Shown here: one piece after another, positions 1 to 12,515 of the stretch
How positions within the stretch are numbered: the first letter of the stretch is position 1
Layout: every line of letters starts with the position of its first letter
Assembly (NCBI GenBank): GCA_963693365.1
Contig: CAVNZM010000002.1
Location: 372,001 to 436,000 of the forward strand
Direction of reading: 5' to 3'
Origin: Amoebidium appalachense
Lineage: Eukaryota > Protista > Ichthyosporea
DNA: 64,000 bases
The notes under the pieces: generated by a model
Told to the model about the DNA's origin: nothing
The model's database searches: none
What the model saw: the letters and a program-made list of their open reading frames with translations, nothing else
Program-made: the position numbers and the translations under genes

Positions 1-165
1 GTCCTGTTTTCTTCTCTTCTAGTCTTATCTGTTATATTCTGTTCTTCTCTATTTTGGGCACCATCTAGTGCTGTCTCTGTACTTGAAGTGGTAATCTTCG
101 TCACGTTTCCCAAAGTTTGTTGAGCAATGTTTGTTATGTCTGTGCTCACACCCAACCAACCACAG

Positions 166-235
166 AGCAAACAAGAAGGAGGCGGTGGGGTTCCTGAACG
201 ACTTCAGGCGCCTAAATGTGGCCCTGACACGTGCA

Positions 236-305
<70 letters not shown>

Positions 306-681
306 GTGCATGCCTGCGTGTGTGTGACGATGTGCTCTGGTGCATGGGGGTGTTGCTTTGTGCGTAGGTTGTGCATGGTTGGTGTTTCCGTGTGTGTCAG
401 TCTCCCTCGCTCTGATTGTGTGTGTTGGGGGCGGAGAGGAAGGGTCGGTGTGTTGGTGTCCATTCTCAGTAAGCCATGGGACTGAAGGTCTCCTTCTGGC
501 CTTGCCTTGTCCTGCCTCTCACTGTGTCTGTTGTAGTTTCTTGCCATTTCACTGGTCTCGTGTTTGGCTTTTGTCACCCATCGTTTCTTTTTTTGATCTA
601 TTTTGTCACCCGCTGAGTCTATTTTTGGCTGCAGGTATTCTCTGATAGTGCTGGGCCACAGCCCTACCATGCTCAGGTATT

Positions 682-712
<31 letters not shown>

Positions 713-1771
713 TCCCGGCCCCCTCCCCCCGCTCCCCCCAACACACACAAACACACCCCACCCCACCGCGACCACCTCCCTTCCCCCTCTCCAACCTACG
801 CAAGTGCTTATTCAGCTCGGCGTACTCTTGCATTGTATAGGGGGATATTTCATTAGTAGACTCGGGGGGGGGGGAGGGGGGGGAGGGGGGGGGGGGGGGG
901 GTTACTAACACAGCACTGGCTGTGATCTATAAATAGGATTGTGTCAGCACATGTCCGTGCAGATGCCTTAGACTCGCTTTGTCCTGCCTTTCTCAACTGC
1001 TCCAACACGCCACCCCGTTTTTCCCGTGCCTTGCCCCTCCACTTATGATGCATATTGTGTGCTTTGCAGTGTGTCTGGTCCGTCATGAATGTCTTGCACT
1101 TCGTACTGTGACATATTCTAACCCCCTCCCCTCCCTCCTCCCCTCCCCCTCCCCTCCCCTCCCCCCTCCCCCTTTTTTTTCCGTTCTTTTTTCTTCCTCT
1201 CTCAGTGTTGCAGGCAGTGACCTACAGGCGCTGGTTCAAGATGCGCAGACACAGGGTGTGGTGCACATGGCCAAGCAGGTGCAGACGGCAATCAAACACG
1301 AGAGGAGGAGCTCAAAGTCAAAGGCCCTCTCACACTCACAGGTGCGTGCCTACTGTAGCTGGTAAAGGGGTGCATGTGCATGAATGGGTTGTTCTTGTTT
1401 TCATTTTTTATTTTCTTGTTATCCCTGTGTGCCCGTGTATTTGGATGCTAGGTATCAAGCCAGGCAGCCATGAGTTGGCATACACTCAAAACACCGTGGG
1501 TTGGTGGTTTAAACCCCTCCCCTCCCCCCCTACTTCCGCACACACAAAAAGAAAGAAGTAAAAATGACTGCATGCTGACAATTATTTAATTACTTGTCCT
1601 AATTCACCATCATACTGACCCTCCCCCCCCCCCCCCCTCCCCCCCCCCCCCCACCCACACACACACACACACACACACGCACAGTCTCTGGACGGCAGCA
1701 ATGGGGCCTCCACATCCGAACCAGCCGTGGCAGACGAAGAGGTTGATGACTGGGAGCAGCTGGCCGACTAG
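166..1771 (+). CDS. 3' part of a Upf1-like superfamily 1B helicase (Sen1/senataxin-like C-terminal RecA domain); gene starts upstream of the window
   Basis: Phase-compatible GT-AG exons 166-237, 635-676, 1206-1341 and 1685-1771 give (R)[51 protein letters not shown]...EEVDDWEQLAD*. [17 protein letters not shown] is motif VI of Upf1/Sen1-type helicases. The exact orthologue cannot be resolved from this fragment. Confidence 0.85.
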
Positions 1772-2569
1772 TGCACGTGCACAAATACACGTGCACACAA
1801 ATACACGTGCACACACAAGTGGAACTGGCACACATTCTCACAGGTGCACGTGCAGCAAATGCAGATACAAGTGAACACAGACGCACGTGCACAGACACCA
1901 GCATGGCGTACATACATCATACATAAACACACAGGCACACAGGCACACACACATGAACACGTACATACTTGCGGGATATGCACATACACATCTGCAGAAA
2001 TACACATCTCCACACACCATGCTTTGGTGCTCGAATACTTGCATGCTTAACAAGGTCTATACAAGCTGCAAAAGTCCAGAAACATTTTGTTATTTTCGCA
2101 ATAGACAATTGCCAGTGTGAACGTAACAACTATTCAGGTGTGTGACTCGTGACCGAAAAGCACAAATATCCATCGAATTTCTCGACAAGGCACAGCAGAT
2201 AACTGGTGATTAGAATCTTGGTGGAAGAGTGTGTATTCCTAGAAAACGAAACGAATTTGCATGCAAATCACCGTGTATGTCATGTCAGTCTGGGCATGAA
2301 ATGTTTAGTTGTCGGCACGAAAAGATCGCGAAAGTCTAAGTTGTGGTTTTTAGGGTACCTTCTATACCTGGTCTGTGGCTGTCACGTAGGTGGATTTCTG
2401 GATTTTTATTGGTGCAAAGTCACGAGGCACAGTCCCCATCGGCTTGTTGATTGGCCAGCTGCGAGCGGCATGGCCGTAGGTTCTTGTGTCGTCACCGTAC
2501 ATGTAAATAGAATTCGTGTATGTCCATGCCGTGCCATCATGCAATGGAATTTGGTTGCCTATCTGCAGC

Positions 2570-2601
<32 letters not shown>

Positions 2602-2782
2602 CCCCTCTCTCTCTCTCTCCGGTGACCCGGATCATTTAATGATACAGGCATCTCGACCGCATGAAATTACCACGTGAATATCACAACGTTGGCAAGCACA
2701 CAGGCATATATCATCGGTATGGACCTGAGCGCACACAACATACGCGCACGTACACACGTCCACATAAGCACACGCTACACAC

Positions 2783-2833
<51 letters not shown>

Positions 2834-3291
2834 ACACACAAGGTCCCTCATATACAGCGCCATGGGCTGTTCACTACCGCTCACACTGCGCCACACACGT
2901 GCACACACAGCAGGTCCGACTTGTGCACACGGACACTTGTACACATGCACATCACGTGGTGCCAGGTGTTCTTTAATACTTGGAGGCGGTTAAAGACCAA
3001 TATCCATACCTGCCACTATGTGCATCATCTAGCCTATCCTTATCGGACGGTAGAAGTGCACCACAAAGGTTATTTCCCCTTGGTACCCAGATCGACGCCA
3101 ATCACTCCACAAAATCAGCAATTTGGCCGGCAGTGTCCACAAACGAACGAGAAAAAAGCCATTCATTCCACACAGCCTAACACATCTTATTCCTATCGGA
3201 CTTTCAATCAACCCTTCCCCCCTGCTTCTCCTCCTTCCTCCTCACTCCCCCCTCCTCTAGCTAAGGGCAGGTACACAATCATTTTATGTTT

Positions 3292-4052
3292 TCACGCCCC
3301 GCGCACCCTATGCCATATATTCTGCACGACAGCAGGCACCCCCTGTCTCAGCAAGTACCCGTCCACGGTGGTTCTCAGCTGCATGACCGTGGCCTGGATC
3401 TGAGGACTAAAGACATAGCGCAGACGCAGAAAGTTGTAGTACATGAAAGGAACAAAGATCCCTACACGCCCCCTGTGAATAGGAACATAGGGTCAGTGAG
3501 GGACTTAGATATCTGAGAAGATGATGTGTTGGGTGTAGGTTGATAATGTAATCAGGCAAAAAAAGGTGATGTGTTGCGGCACGTAGCTTCTGTTTAGGAA
3601 GAGAAAGAACGGGGGCTGTGTTTTGGGTCTGTAGGTTTTTCTTGGAAGAGTGGAAGAGCGAAAAAATGGCATTGTGTTGAAGTGGTTTCCTGTTAACACA
3701 GAAAAAGAGAGGGTGTTGTATAATGCAATATGTTTCTGATGCAGATAAAAGATATTAGTGTTGAGAGTAGGCGGATCTCCATTACGTGATCCATTACGGC
3801 AGAGAAAAAGAGAGTGCTGCAAGTGTGGATGTTACCATAACGAAACTGTGCCGCAAGGAAAAGATGTCACCCAGAGTTTTTCCAGACACCAAGAGGTGGT
3901 GCTCTAACCTTGTGCCTACTTCTCTCCTGTGTGCACACACATCCCCACATTCACCCAATATCACCTTCTGCATACATGTGTGTCTATCCCTATCTTACCA
4001 AACAATATGCAAAAACGTGCCAGTGAGTGAGTGAGTGTGTGTGTGAGTGTGT

Positions 4053-4131
<79 letters not shown>

Positions 4132-5100
4132 GGGGGGTGTTCATAGTTTGGTACGCACATGAAGACTGAGACGACCAGCAGACCCATGATGTAGACCTCC
4201 AACTGGCCCACCTGATTGGTTGCGGTGGTGCGGTGCTGGTCCAGGTAGGCACCTAGTCGCCACTCACTGGGGGGGGTTAGAAAGTGTTAGAGTGCAAAGT
4301 ACACATGCACAACGGACAACACAGAGCAGAGAGCAACCCACACATACAGAGACTCAAGAAAAAGATGTATACGGGAACAGGGCAGCAGAGTTCGGAATCA
4401 GGAAACATGGCCATGGCAACAGAATCAATAGTCCAGATCTAGACGGGAATGGGCTGGCAACAGGTCGTATGGGGGTGATCAGGCCCCAGGTACGACTAGC
4501 CCATAATCAGAGACAGTGTTCATTACATCCTGTCTTTATTCAGAGAGAGAAGCAGGAAAAAGAGAACTGAACGAATGTCCGAATTGCTACGAACTAAAAA
4601 CAGTCCAGTGAACGATCTGGCGCGGCCCGATCGTTTATATACCTTGCCTAGTTGCGTACCAAGAAAGACTAATCTGATTGGATAACACAACAACCAATCG
4701 GAATACCGAAGATTAACTATTGGCTAACTGGAAGTTTCCATCTGAATCCGGATCTATTCAGGATCTATTCGGGAAAGACCTAAGGACCTAAGGTGCATTG
4801 CACGCGAGATGATCACAAGTCACACAGAAGATATCTCATATCGTAACACAGAGTATGCATAAGAAGCAGAGCCCACCCTCCAGGGAGGGGGGGTACAGTG
4901 CCAGAGCAAAGAGATATGCGGGAGGTGAGAAAGAAGAAGGGAAGGGGAGGGAGTAAAGGGGGAAGGGGGGAGAGTCTCTTGATTAACAGGGACAGGGGGG
5001 GGGGGGGGGGGGGGGGGGGGTTTGTAACTTGCAACGGAGTACCCAATACAGACCGTGTGGAACCCATATGCACATGCAAGCCATTTATGGCGATACCCCC

Positions 5101-5147
<47 letters not shown>

Positions 5148-5437
5148 ACCTCAAAAAAAAAAAAAAAAAAAAGCACTGCCCAACCTTAATCGCCCCATTC
5201 TCAGTCTGCCCTGCCCATTTCCCTTTAATCCCCCCTCCCCCCCCCCCCCCCCCCCCCCTCTTTCTCCCCTCCCCTCCCTCCCACCCCTCCCAGCCTCACA
5301 CGCACACACACACAGACACATACGAAGACACATCATCCCTCCGCCTACAACTAAATTTCAATTGGCAATATACTCCACGCACAAGCTCACAAGCACGCGG
5401 GTGAATCTTCGCATACTACACACAAGTACACACACAC

Positions 5438-5529
<92 letters not shown>

Positions 5530-6792
5530 GCACACACACGCACACGCGCACGCACACACGCACACACGCACACACGCACACACGCACACACGCACACACG
5601 CACACACCCATACACACACACACACACACACACAAGCATGTGCACACGCACCTGCGATCACCTGGGTAAGCAATGGGGTACATGCCCCTACAGTAGTCTC
5701 TGACGTTGTAGACCGCATATACAACAAGTGGTATCATGGGCACTGCGCACACACATGTCAGATCAACCAGCCCCACATCCTTGCAAAAAGTACACCTCAC
5801 ATTCTCTTAAAATCACCCCACATTCAAAACACACCTCTTACGTCCTCTCAAAACACACCCCTTGCATCCTCCCAAATAATACACCCCATCTCCTTTCAAA
5901 TCACACACCTCACACCTTTCCACACACATTTTCCAAGTCACATCCCACATCAAAACACACACGCCACATTTTTTCAAGACATGCCCCACATCCCTTTCGA
6001 AGCCCCCCCCCCCCCCCCCCCCCCCATCTCCGTTTTCCAAACACCTACACACCCTCCATATTTACTCAAAAAAAAAAAAAAAAAAAAAAAAACTATCTCC
6101 GTTTCAATCAGGTTCACCCCCCACACACATGCATCCTTCTCAAAACACACACCCGGCATCGTTTCCAGATACACTCCCCCAAATCCTTAAGAACAAACCC
6201 AGCATCCTTTTAAAACACGTGCGCCCACATGCCCACATGCTCACACTATGACCCAAAGGTGCATTGAGGCTGTGGGACACGAAGGGATAAACATTGTGCT
6301 GGTTTGGAAGTCAAAGGGCAGAAGGGGGGAGGAAGGCGGGGGGGGGGGGGGGGGGGTGTTTGAATGCGGAACACAGTACGACGCATACACGATGAGAAGC
6401 ATGGTGCAGGACACATGCAAAGGCAAACATTCAAGTATGCAACATCAGCCGTGCGCACAGTATGCGTCATAGGCAGAGCCCATCCTCAGGGAGGGCCCAA
6501 GTCATCAATTGCGTCTGAGTTTCGACCCTTAGCCCGCGTATATACGACGCTCCAACTCAGACAGCAGCATCAACTAAACTTGGGTGGGTCAACCCGTCTT
6601 GATCAAAGACGAGCAGGGTTGCTTATGCAAGCAAGGTGAGCAAAACGGTGAAGATGTGTGTGCAAACTAAAGCAGTGCAGCGATAAATGCGTATGTGCTT
6701 AAAGATGCACGACACAGAGCAACCATGCCCGGTTGCCTGGAAGTAAAGATGTGGGGGGGGGGGGGGGGGGGGGGGGGACGGGGGGGATTTGC

Positions 6793-6827
<35 letters not shown>

Positions 6828-6925
6828 TGTGGTTGTGGGGTAGGGGGGGGGGGGGGGGGGGGGGGGGGGGTTGACGATGCACACTTGGCCATGTGTCTAC
6901 CTCCAATTGCATAGCTCCTGCTGTT

Positions 6926-6965
<40 letters not shown>

Positions 6966-8198
6966 AACACACACACACATTACATATTACACATTAACAC
7001 GCACCAAGCATGGGCTCGTTTGTGACGAAGATCAGACAGTATGTCAGATAATGCAGGTTTGCATCGGGAGTGATGCGCTGGGCATATGCCGCATTGAATT
7101 GGGGCCTCTGGGGGATGGGAGGGGATAGAGTGGTCAGCAAACTCGAACCATTGCTGCCACTCCAACCTCCCACCCCTCCCTTCTAAAGTCTATATCCCCC
7201 CCCCCCCCCCTCCCCCCCCCTCTCCCCTCTCCCCCCCCCCCCCCCCCAAAAAAAAAAAATAAAAAATAAAAAAAGTCCCACCGCCTCCTCCACCCAGCCG
7301 CACCGGAGCCATGTAGATGAACCCACCCACAGAACATACATGATCTATGCATAACATGTTCGAACTAATATTTGTGCCTTCCCCCCCCCATCCCCCCTTC
7401 CCGGAGCCAAACCAAGAAAACCTGCCGCTACTACCCCATTTACCCATAGGACAAGGCAACGAGCTTCAATGTACACCTTTCGTGTGTGCATGCATGTTAT
7501 TTCTTCTCTCCCTTGTACACAAAGTGTGGCGGGGTGGGGGAGGGACAGCATACCCCATGAGACAGGTAGACGTTTAAAGCATACGATGCCATCAGGGACC
7601 ATAGGCCCCACTTAAAGGCACTGCGCCCAATACTGACAGGCAGCACGCCCAGCACTAAAAATAGAATGGCCAGCAGGTTAAGGCCCAGCCAGGCCGTCTG
7701 CTGGGGGTGTGACTTAAGGTGTGCCACCACCGCCTGTACCTGCAACTTGCCTTTTATGGAAGGTGAGCCGGGGTTGGTGGGGGAGGGGGTGGGGGGGAGG
7801 GGAGGGGTGAAGGGGGCAGTGAGTGACTGGAGCAGAAAGAACGTGAAGAGCAAAGAGAGAAGGGGGGGAGAGGGGGGCGGGGCAGGGACGAGGACGGGGG
7901 CCTGGGGGGGGGGGGGGGGGGGGGGGGGGAAGGGGGGGGGAGGGGAAAGGAGGAGCTACGAGTTCCATTAAAGAATGCAAAGGAAACTGGCACATACACG
8001 GTGGTAAATGTGCAGGCACTCAAACACTGCCAAAGATAGCACTTCCAAAGGAGATATGCCCAAACAGCACACTCACAAACACACACAGACACACAGTGCC
8101 CTAGCCACGGCTGTCCACACATGCAGACATTTGCACCAGCACATACACATACCCCCCTCCTCATCCCCAACCTCCCCCCCCTCCCCCCCTCCCCCCCC

Positions 8199-8289
<91 letters not shown>

Positions 8290-9392
8290 GGCTGTGCCTG
8301 TGGCCCTGCTGCACCCCCCGTTGGTGCCGACCCCCCACCTCCCGTGGCCCTTTGCCGTGGCCCCGTGGGGGAGGTTGGGGGGGGCTGGGTGTGTGTTTGC
8401 TGGCTGCCACTGTCACTGCTGGGTGCCTCATAGTCGGGATCCTGTCATAGGAGCGCGGAGAGGGGGGGGGGGGGGGGGTCGAGGGGGGGAGGGGGAAGAA
8501 CAGAAGGGGATAAGGGTGTGTAGATGTGTAGTGAGCGGAAAGGGGGGGGGGGGGGGGGGGGGGTAGTGGTGGTGGTTATGATGTTAGTACCGGAACGAAG
8601 ATGAAAAAGGTTCAGGCATATAGATTACCCGGTAGCACGGGGGGAGGGTGGAGGAGGGAGAAGAGGGGAGGGCGAGGGGGAGGGGGGGGGGGGGGGGAGG
8701 GGGGGGGGGGAAGGAGGTGGGGGTGGGGGTGGTGGCGGGGGGCAAGGGGGGGGGGAGGGGGGAGGGGGGGGGGGCCGGAGGGCGGGGGGAGGGGGGGGGG
8801 GGGGGGAGGGGAGAGAAGGGGAACGGAGGTGGTTGTGGGGTGGTGGTGGTGATCTTGGTGGTGGCTTTGGTGGGGATCTGTGGTGTTTTACGAAACAGCC
8901 AAAGGTTAACGACCAACAACTACGTTACCCTGAGCCGCAGAGAATGAGGAGATGTGTTCTGTTGAAAATCATGTGTTCGAACGTGCAAGTTTGGGAAGCG
9001 GGGAAACAGCAAACTTACGTGGATGTGTGTGCCTGTGTGTGACAGCGAGCTGATCGAGGGCTTGTGTGCACGCGTGTGCATTGATCTGTGCTTGTGTTGA
9101 CCTTAGAAAGCGCAGCTGTGTGTGTGTGTGTTCGTGTGCGCGTGCGTGCGTGTGCGTGTGTATCCACTTGCGCGTCTGCGCGCGTATCTGCTTTTAGTAC
9201 GCGCGTGTGCGTGCGTGCGTGCGTGCGCGTGCATCCCTCCTCCCCACGCACCACGTTCTTCTTGTACCACTTCCTCTTGACCCTCTTCAGCTGGTCCTCC
9301 GTAGCCGACCCGCCGGCAAAGGTGACCGTCTCGAGGTAGGCCGCCCACCGTGTGTCCTCGCCATAGTTGTAGGTGAGCGCTGCGTCCCCCAT
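3292..9392 (-). CDS. TMEM33: TMEM33/Pom33 family ER and nuclear-envelope membrane protein
   Basis: Exons 9392-9252 (MGDAALTYNYGEDTRWAAYLETV...KRKWYKKNV), 8441-8288 (DPDYE...), 7739-7554 (TM helices), 7107-7005 (RPQFNAAYAQRITPDANLHYLTYCLIFVTNEP), 5742-5662, 4252-4159 (QLEVYIMGLLVVSVF) and 3472-3292 (GIFVPFMYYNFLRLRY...QLRTTVDGYL...*). These match TMEM33 motifs HYLLYSLIF and PFIYYRFLTLRY. The 8288/7739 junction is out of phase as assembled (missed micro-exon or homopolymer error). Confidence 0.85.
6359..6748 (-). repeat. ~390-bp dispersed intronic repeat, copy A
   Basis: Highly similar and colinear with 51266-51659. Both copies are flanked on each side by G-tracts on the + strand and lie in introns of minus-strand genes. 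Confidence 0.95.
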
Positions 9393-10020
9393 GTTTACTA
9401 TTCTATAAGTTTTTAGTTGTTTCGAAGTGAAGGAAGGAAAAAAAGTGAAGTGACTCTGGTAGGATGAACGGGGATCTGTTACGTAATAGCTCCGGTTCGG
9501 GAATCTGCAGATGTAAAATGGATACAGGTTTATGAACTTAGACAAACGTTTGTGTGGCCACACGACTATATTCCTTTTTTTTTTATTACTTTTAGTACTG
9601 CCTGAACAAGCATGTAACACCTTACGGCCGGTAAGGCTTCTCACACTTTCTGACGTCACAAAATTACTAAATAAAGCTATAAAGCTGTTCAGGCGACCAA
9701 TCAGCATTAGCTTATGTCGATCAGCATTTAGCCGCTGAGTGATTCAGCTGACAGCAGGTCCCTGCCACGTCTAGATCTAAGGCTCGTGTTTTTGTGTGTT
9801 TGTCCGGGCGACCCCAAGCTCAGGTTTCATCAGTTTGTAAGCGCAGTTGGGGATAACACGGTACTTCCCGCGCACCCAGCGAAACTATAAAAGGCTAGCC
9901 GCGTTCTGGCCCTACACATCAGTTAGTGTTTTTTTGCAAAGAAAAAAAGGAAAAAAATAAGTTTCCCTGCTCTCTCCAACACACACTGACCGTGTTGATC
10001 GTTTTTCTTCAATCGCCAAC
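9393..10020. promoter_or_regulatory. Divergent promoter region between TMEM33 and the LEA-like gene
   Basis: Head-to-head ATGs at 9392(-) and 10021(+); microsatellite-free interval; TGACGTCA 9651-9658, CCAAT 9697-9701, TATAAAA 9886-9892. Confidence 0.6.
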
Positions 10021-11508
10021 ATGTCTCACTACACGACCGGCGCTACAGGTACCACCAAGGTTAGTGTTTTGTTGTTTCGCCCATGCCATGTCTCTATTTT
10101 CCCCTGGAATTCCGAAGGTCCATATTATTCCAACATACACAGTATATGTGTGAGCTACTCACAGCCTATTGAGTGAGTAGCTCACAACAGCCACTTGACC
10201 ATGTGTCGAGGTTTGATGTTTTCTCGCCTTCTTGTGTGTGTGTTTACGCCACGTGCCCGCCACGTATATACATACACAATTCTCATCACTTTGCCCGCCA
10301 CGTATATACATGCACAATTCTCATCACTTTTACATTTGCACCCTCTGATTAAGTATGTGCAGCAGGTACCTCTAAATCACATCCTTTTTAATATTCAATG
10401 TCAATGAACGTTGTCGGTAAGCAATCAATTATTTTGATTCCCAGAAAAGCCTGCTAGATTATCAAACGAACTAACAACTGTCCGTGCACACACATTGTGA
10501 CGTTTCCCAGGACGACCGCAGCATGATGGAGAAAGCCAAGGATGCCATGCACAAGGCCGGGGAGAAGATCGGTGTGGCTGAGCCCCGCCAGAGGGAGAGT
10601 GACGTCACGGTGCCTGGGGGCTATGCGGCCAGCGGCACCACTGCGGGGGGGTATGGCACGGGGCCAACTGAGGGGCGCTATGCGGGCACAAACACAGGCG
10701 TAAGTGGTGCACGGGGGGGTGTGGGGGTGGGGGTGTGGTGCACGTGATCACGTAAACGGTTGGATTTTAGTACAGTTGTAAGGAGTGAGCAGCAAATTAA
10801 AGGGAAAAAAGAGAAAAAAAGAGAGGTCTCTAAGGAGCGCTTTAAATTTTGTGTGTGTGCGTGTGTGTGTGTGTGTGTGCGTGCGTGCGTGTGTAGTGTG
10901 TGCGCGCACGTGTGCGTGTTTTTTTCAATGTCGGAAGGGAACCGATGGATGTGAGGGCGAAATATTGCTCCGCGCGTTTTTTTTTTTTATCATTGTATTA
11001 ATTCAATTCCTTTTAGAACTCAATCTTGTTTTCTTCAAGCTTTTTTTATTTGTATCTATGGGGAGGAGTTGGTTTCCCGGGGGAAGGGGGGAGGGGGGGA
11101 GGGGGGTTAACAGCAGCATTTGAGTCATGGCTTATTCCTCTTCCTGTGGCCCATTGGGGTTTTCTCTTGTACGGCACCGTAATACTCTGCCAATAATTTC
11201 AAATTTAACTCACGAGCAAGATTAGCTTGGAACACCCCTTTGATGTAAAACTATATATATAATTTTGAAATGTGCGCCTCTCTCTTTCTGACCCAGTATC
11301 AATCACAGGGCACCTACGGCACCAGCGGCATCAGCAGCTATGGCACGGACACCACTGGCTCAGCCCAGCCCCGCGATGTATGCACACCCCAACCCCCATC
11401 CCCCCCCCCCCTTGCAATCGACCGTGGCAAGCACGCAATTACCTCAACCTTTCACCTACCACAGTTTCTCTCATGCACAGCCCTTCGACTCGGTTGCCCT
11501 TTTTGTTT

Positions 11509-11543
<35 letters not shown>

Positions 11544-11571
11544 TCTTCCCCCTCTTCTAGCCCCTCCTCCC

Positions 11572-11602
<31 letters not shown>

Positions 11603-11634
11603 TTTTTTTTCGGCAAGAAACTTTAGTAAGCAAA

Positions 11635-11668
<34 letters not shown>

Positions 11669-11784
11669 TGATGGAAAGAAAAACAAATATTTGATTCTTC
11701 CCCCTCTTCTCCCCTCCTCCTCTCCCCCCCCCCCCCCCCCTCACCCCCCTCTTTTTTTTTCGGCAAGAAGCTTTAGTAAGCAAA

Positions 11785-11834
<50 letters not shown>

Positions 11835-12101
11835 TGATGGAAAGAAAAACAAAAGTCTCGCCGACCACCACTTTGTATACCACCAACATAATGAGACTCG
11901 GTCCAACTCCACACATTGTACATGTGACCTTCACTCACTATGTCCTTAACTTATACACAGGACCGCACTATGGGAGAGAAAATGTCCGACACCATGCACA
12001 AGGCCGGAGAGAAGATGGGCATGACGGGGGGCAAAGGCGCAGAGTACAGTGGGCCTCAGGGCACGGGCAGCGAGCGTGTGACATATAAAACACGTGAATA
12101 G
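10021..12101 (+). CDS. 145-aa Gly/Thr-rich hydrophilin (LEA/dehydrin-like)
   Basis: Four phase-0 exons 10021-10059, 10511-10699, 11309-11377 and 11961-12101 join into one ORF with two copies of an amphipathic motif (DRSMMEKAKDAMHKAGEKIG / DRTMGEKMSDTMHKAGEKMG) separated by G/T/Y-rich spacers. No Cys, Trp or Phe; TATA box upstream. Confidence 0.75.
11542..11853. repeat. Tandem duplication of a ~150-bp C-tract/core/G-tract unit in an intron
   Basis: Two units, each poly-C, T-run, CGGCAAGAA(A/G)CTTTAGTAAGCAAA, poly-G, ATGATGGAAAGAAAAACAAA. Confidence 0.85.
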
Positions 12102-12479
12102 ATTTGATTGGCTGGACCATGTGTTTTTTTGGGATGTGATGATATGTGGAGGGGTTTGGATAAGCTGAGAAAAGTTACCGAATATTGTTATCCGATGTTG
12201 AGAATTGTAGTCGAAAATATTTGAGGGTAGGACAGTGGTGGAAAAGATATGGTGTGATGGTTGCACCGGTCGTACCGGTGGGAGATTTTGGGCTGAAAAG
12301 CCCTGGCCATTTCACACTGGGACATTTTTTTTTTTTTTTTTTGCCAATGCACTGGGTGCATATGATGCTGTTGAGAAATAAACCTGACGGGGAAAAAGAC
12401 TCCTCTTTTCGAATTGTGGCGTCTGTTTATACCGTCTTCATGATATGAACTTTACCAATCAAGTACCATAGCTACATAG

Positions 12480-12483
<4 letters not shown>

Positions 12484-12515
<32 letters not shown>

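Noticed and set aside
4269-4290. GGGTTAG as a telomeric repeat
   Set aside because: Single non-tandem occurrences; explained as the CTAAC branch-point/poly-C end on the opposite strand.
6480-6565. Possible hammerhead ribozyme in the 390-bp repeat (minus strand has GTCTGAGTT...CGAAACTCAGAC and a CTGAGGA)
   Set aside because: CUGANGA and GAAA are not arranged around a helix II as required; between the helix III strands the core reads CTAAGGG with no stem II.
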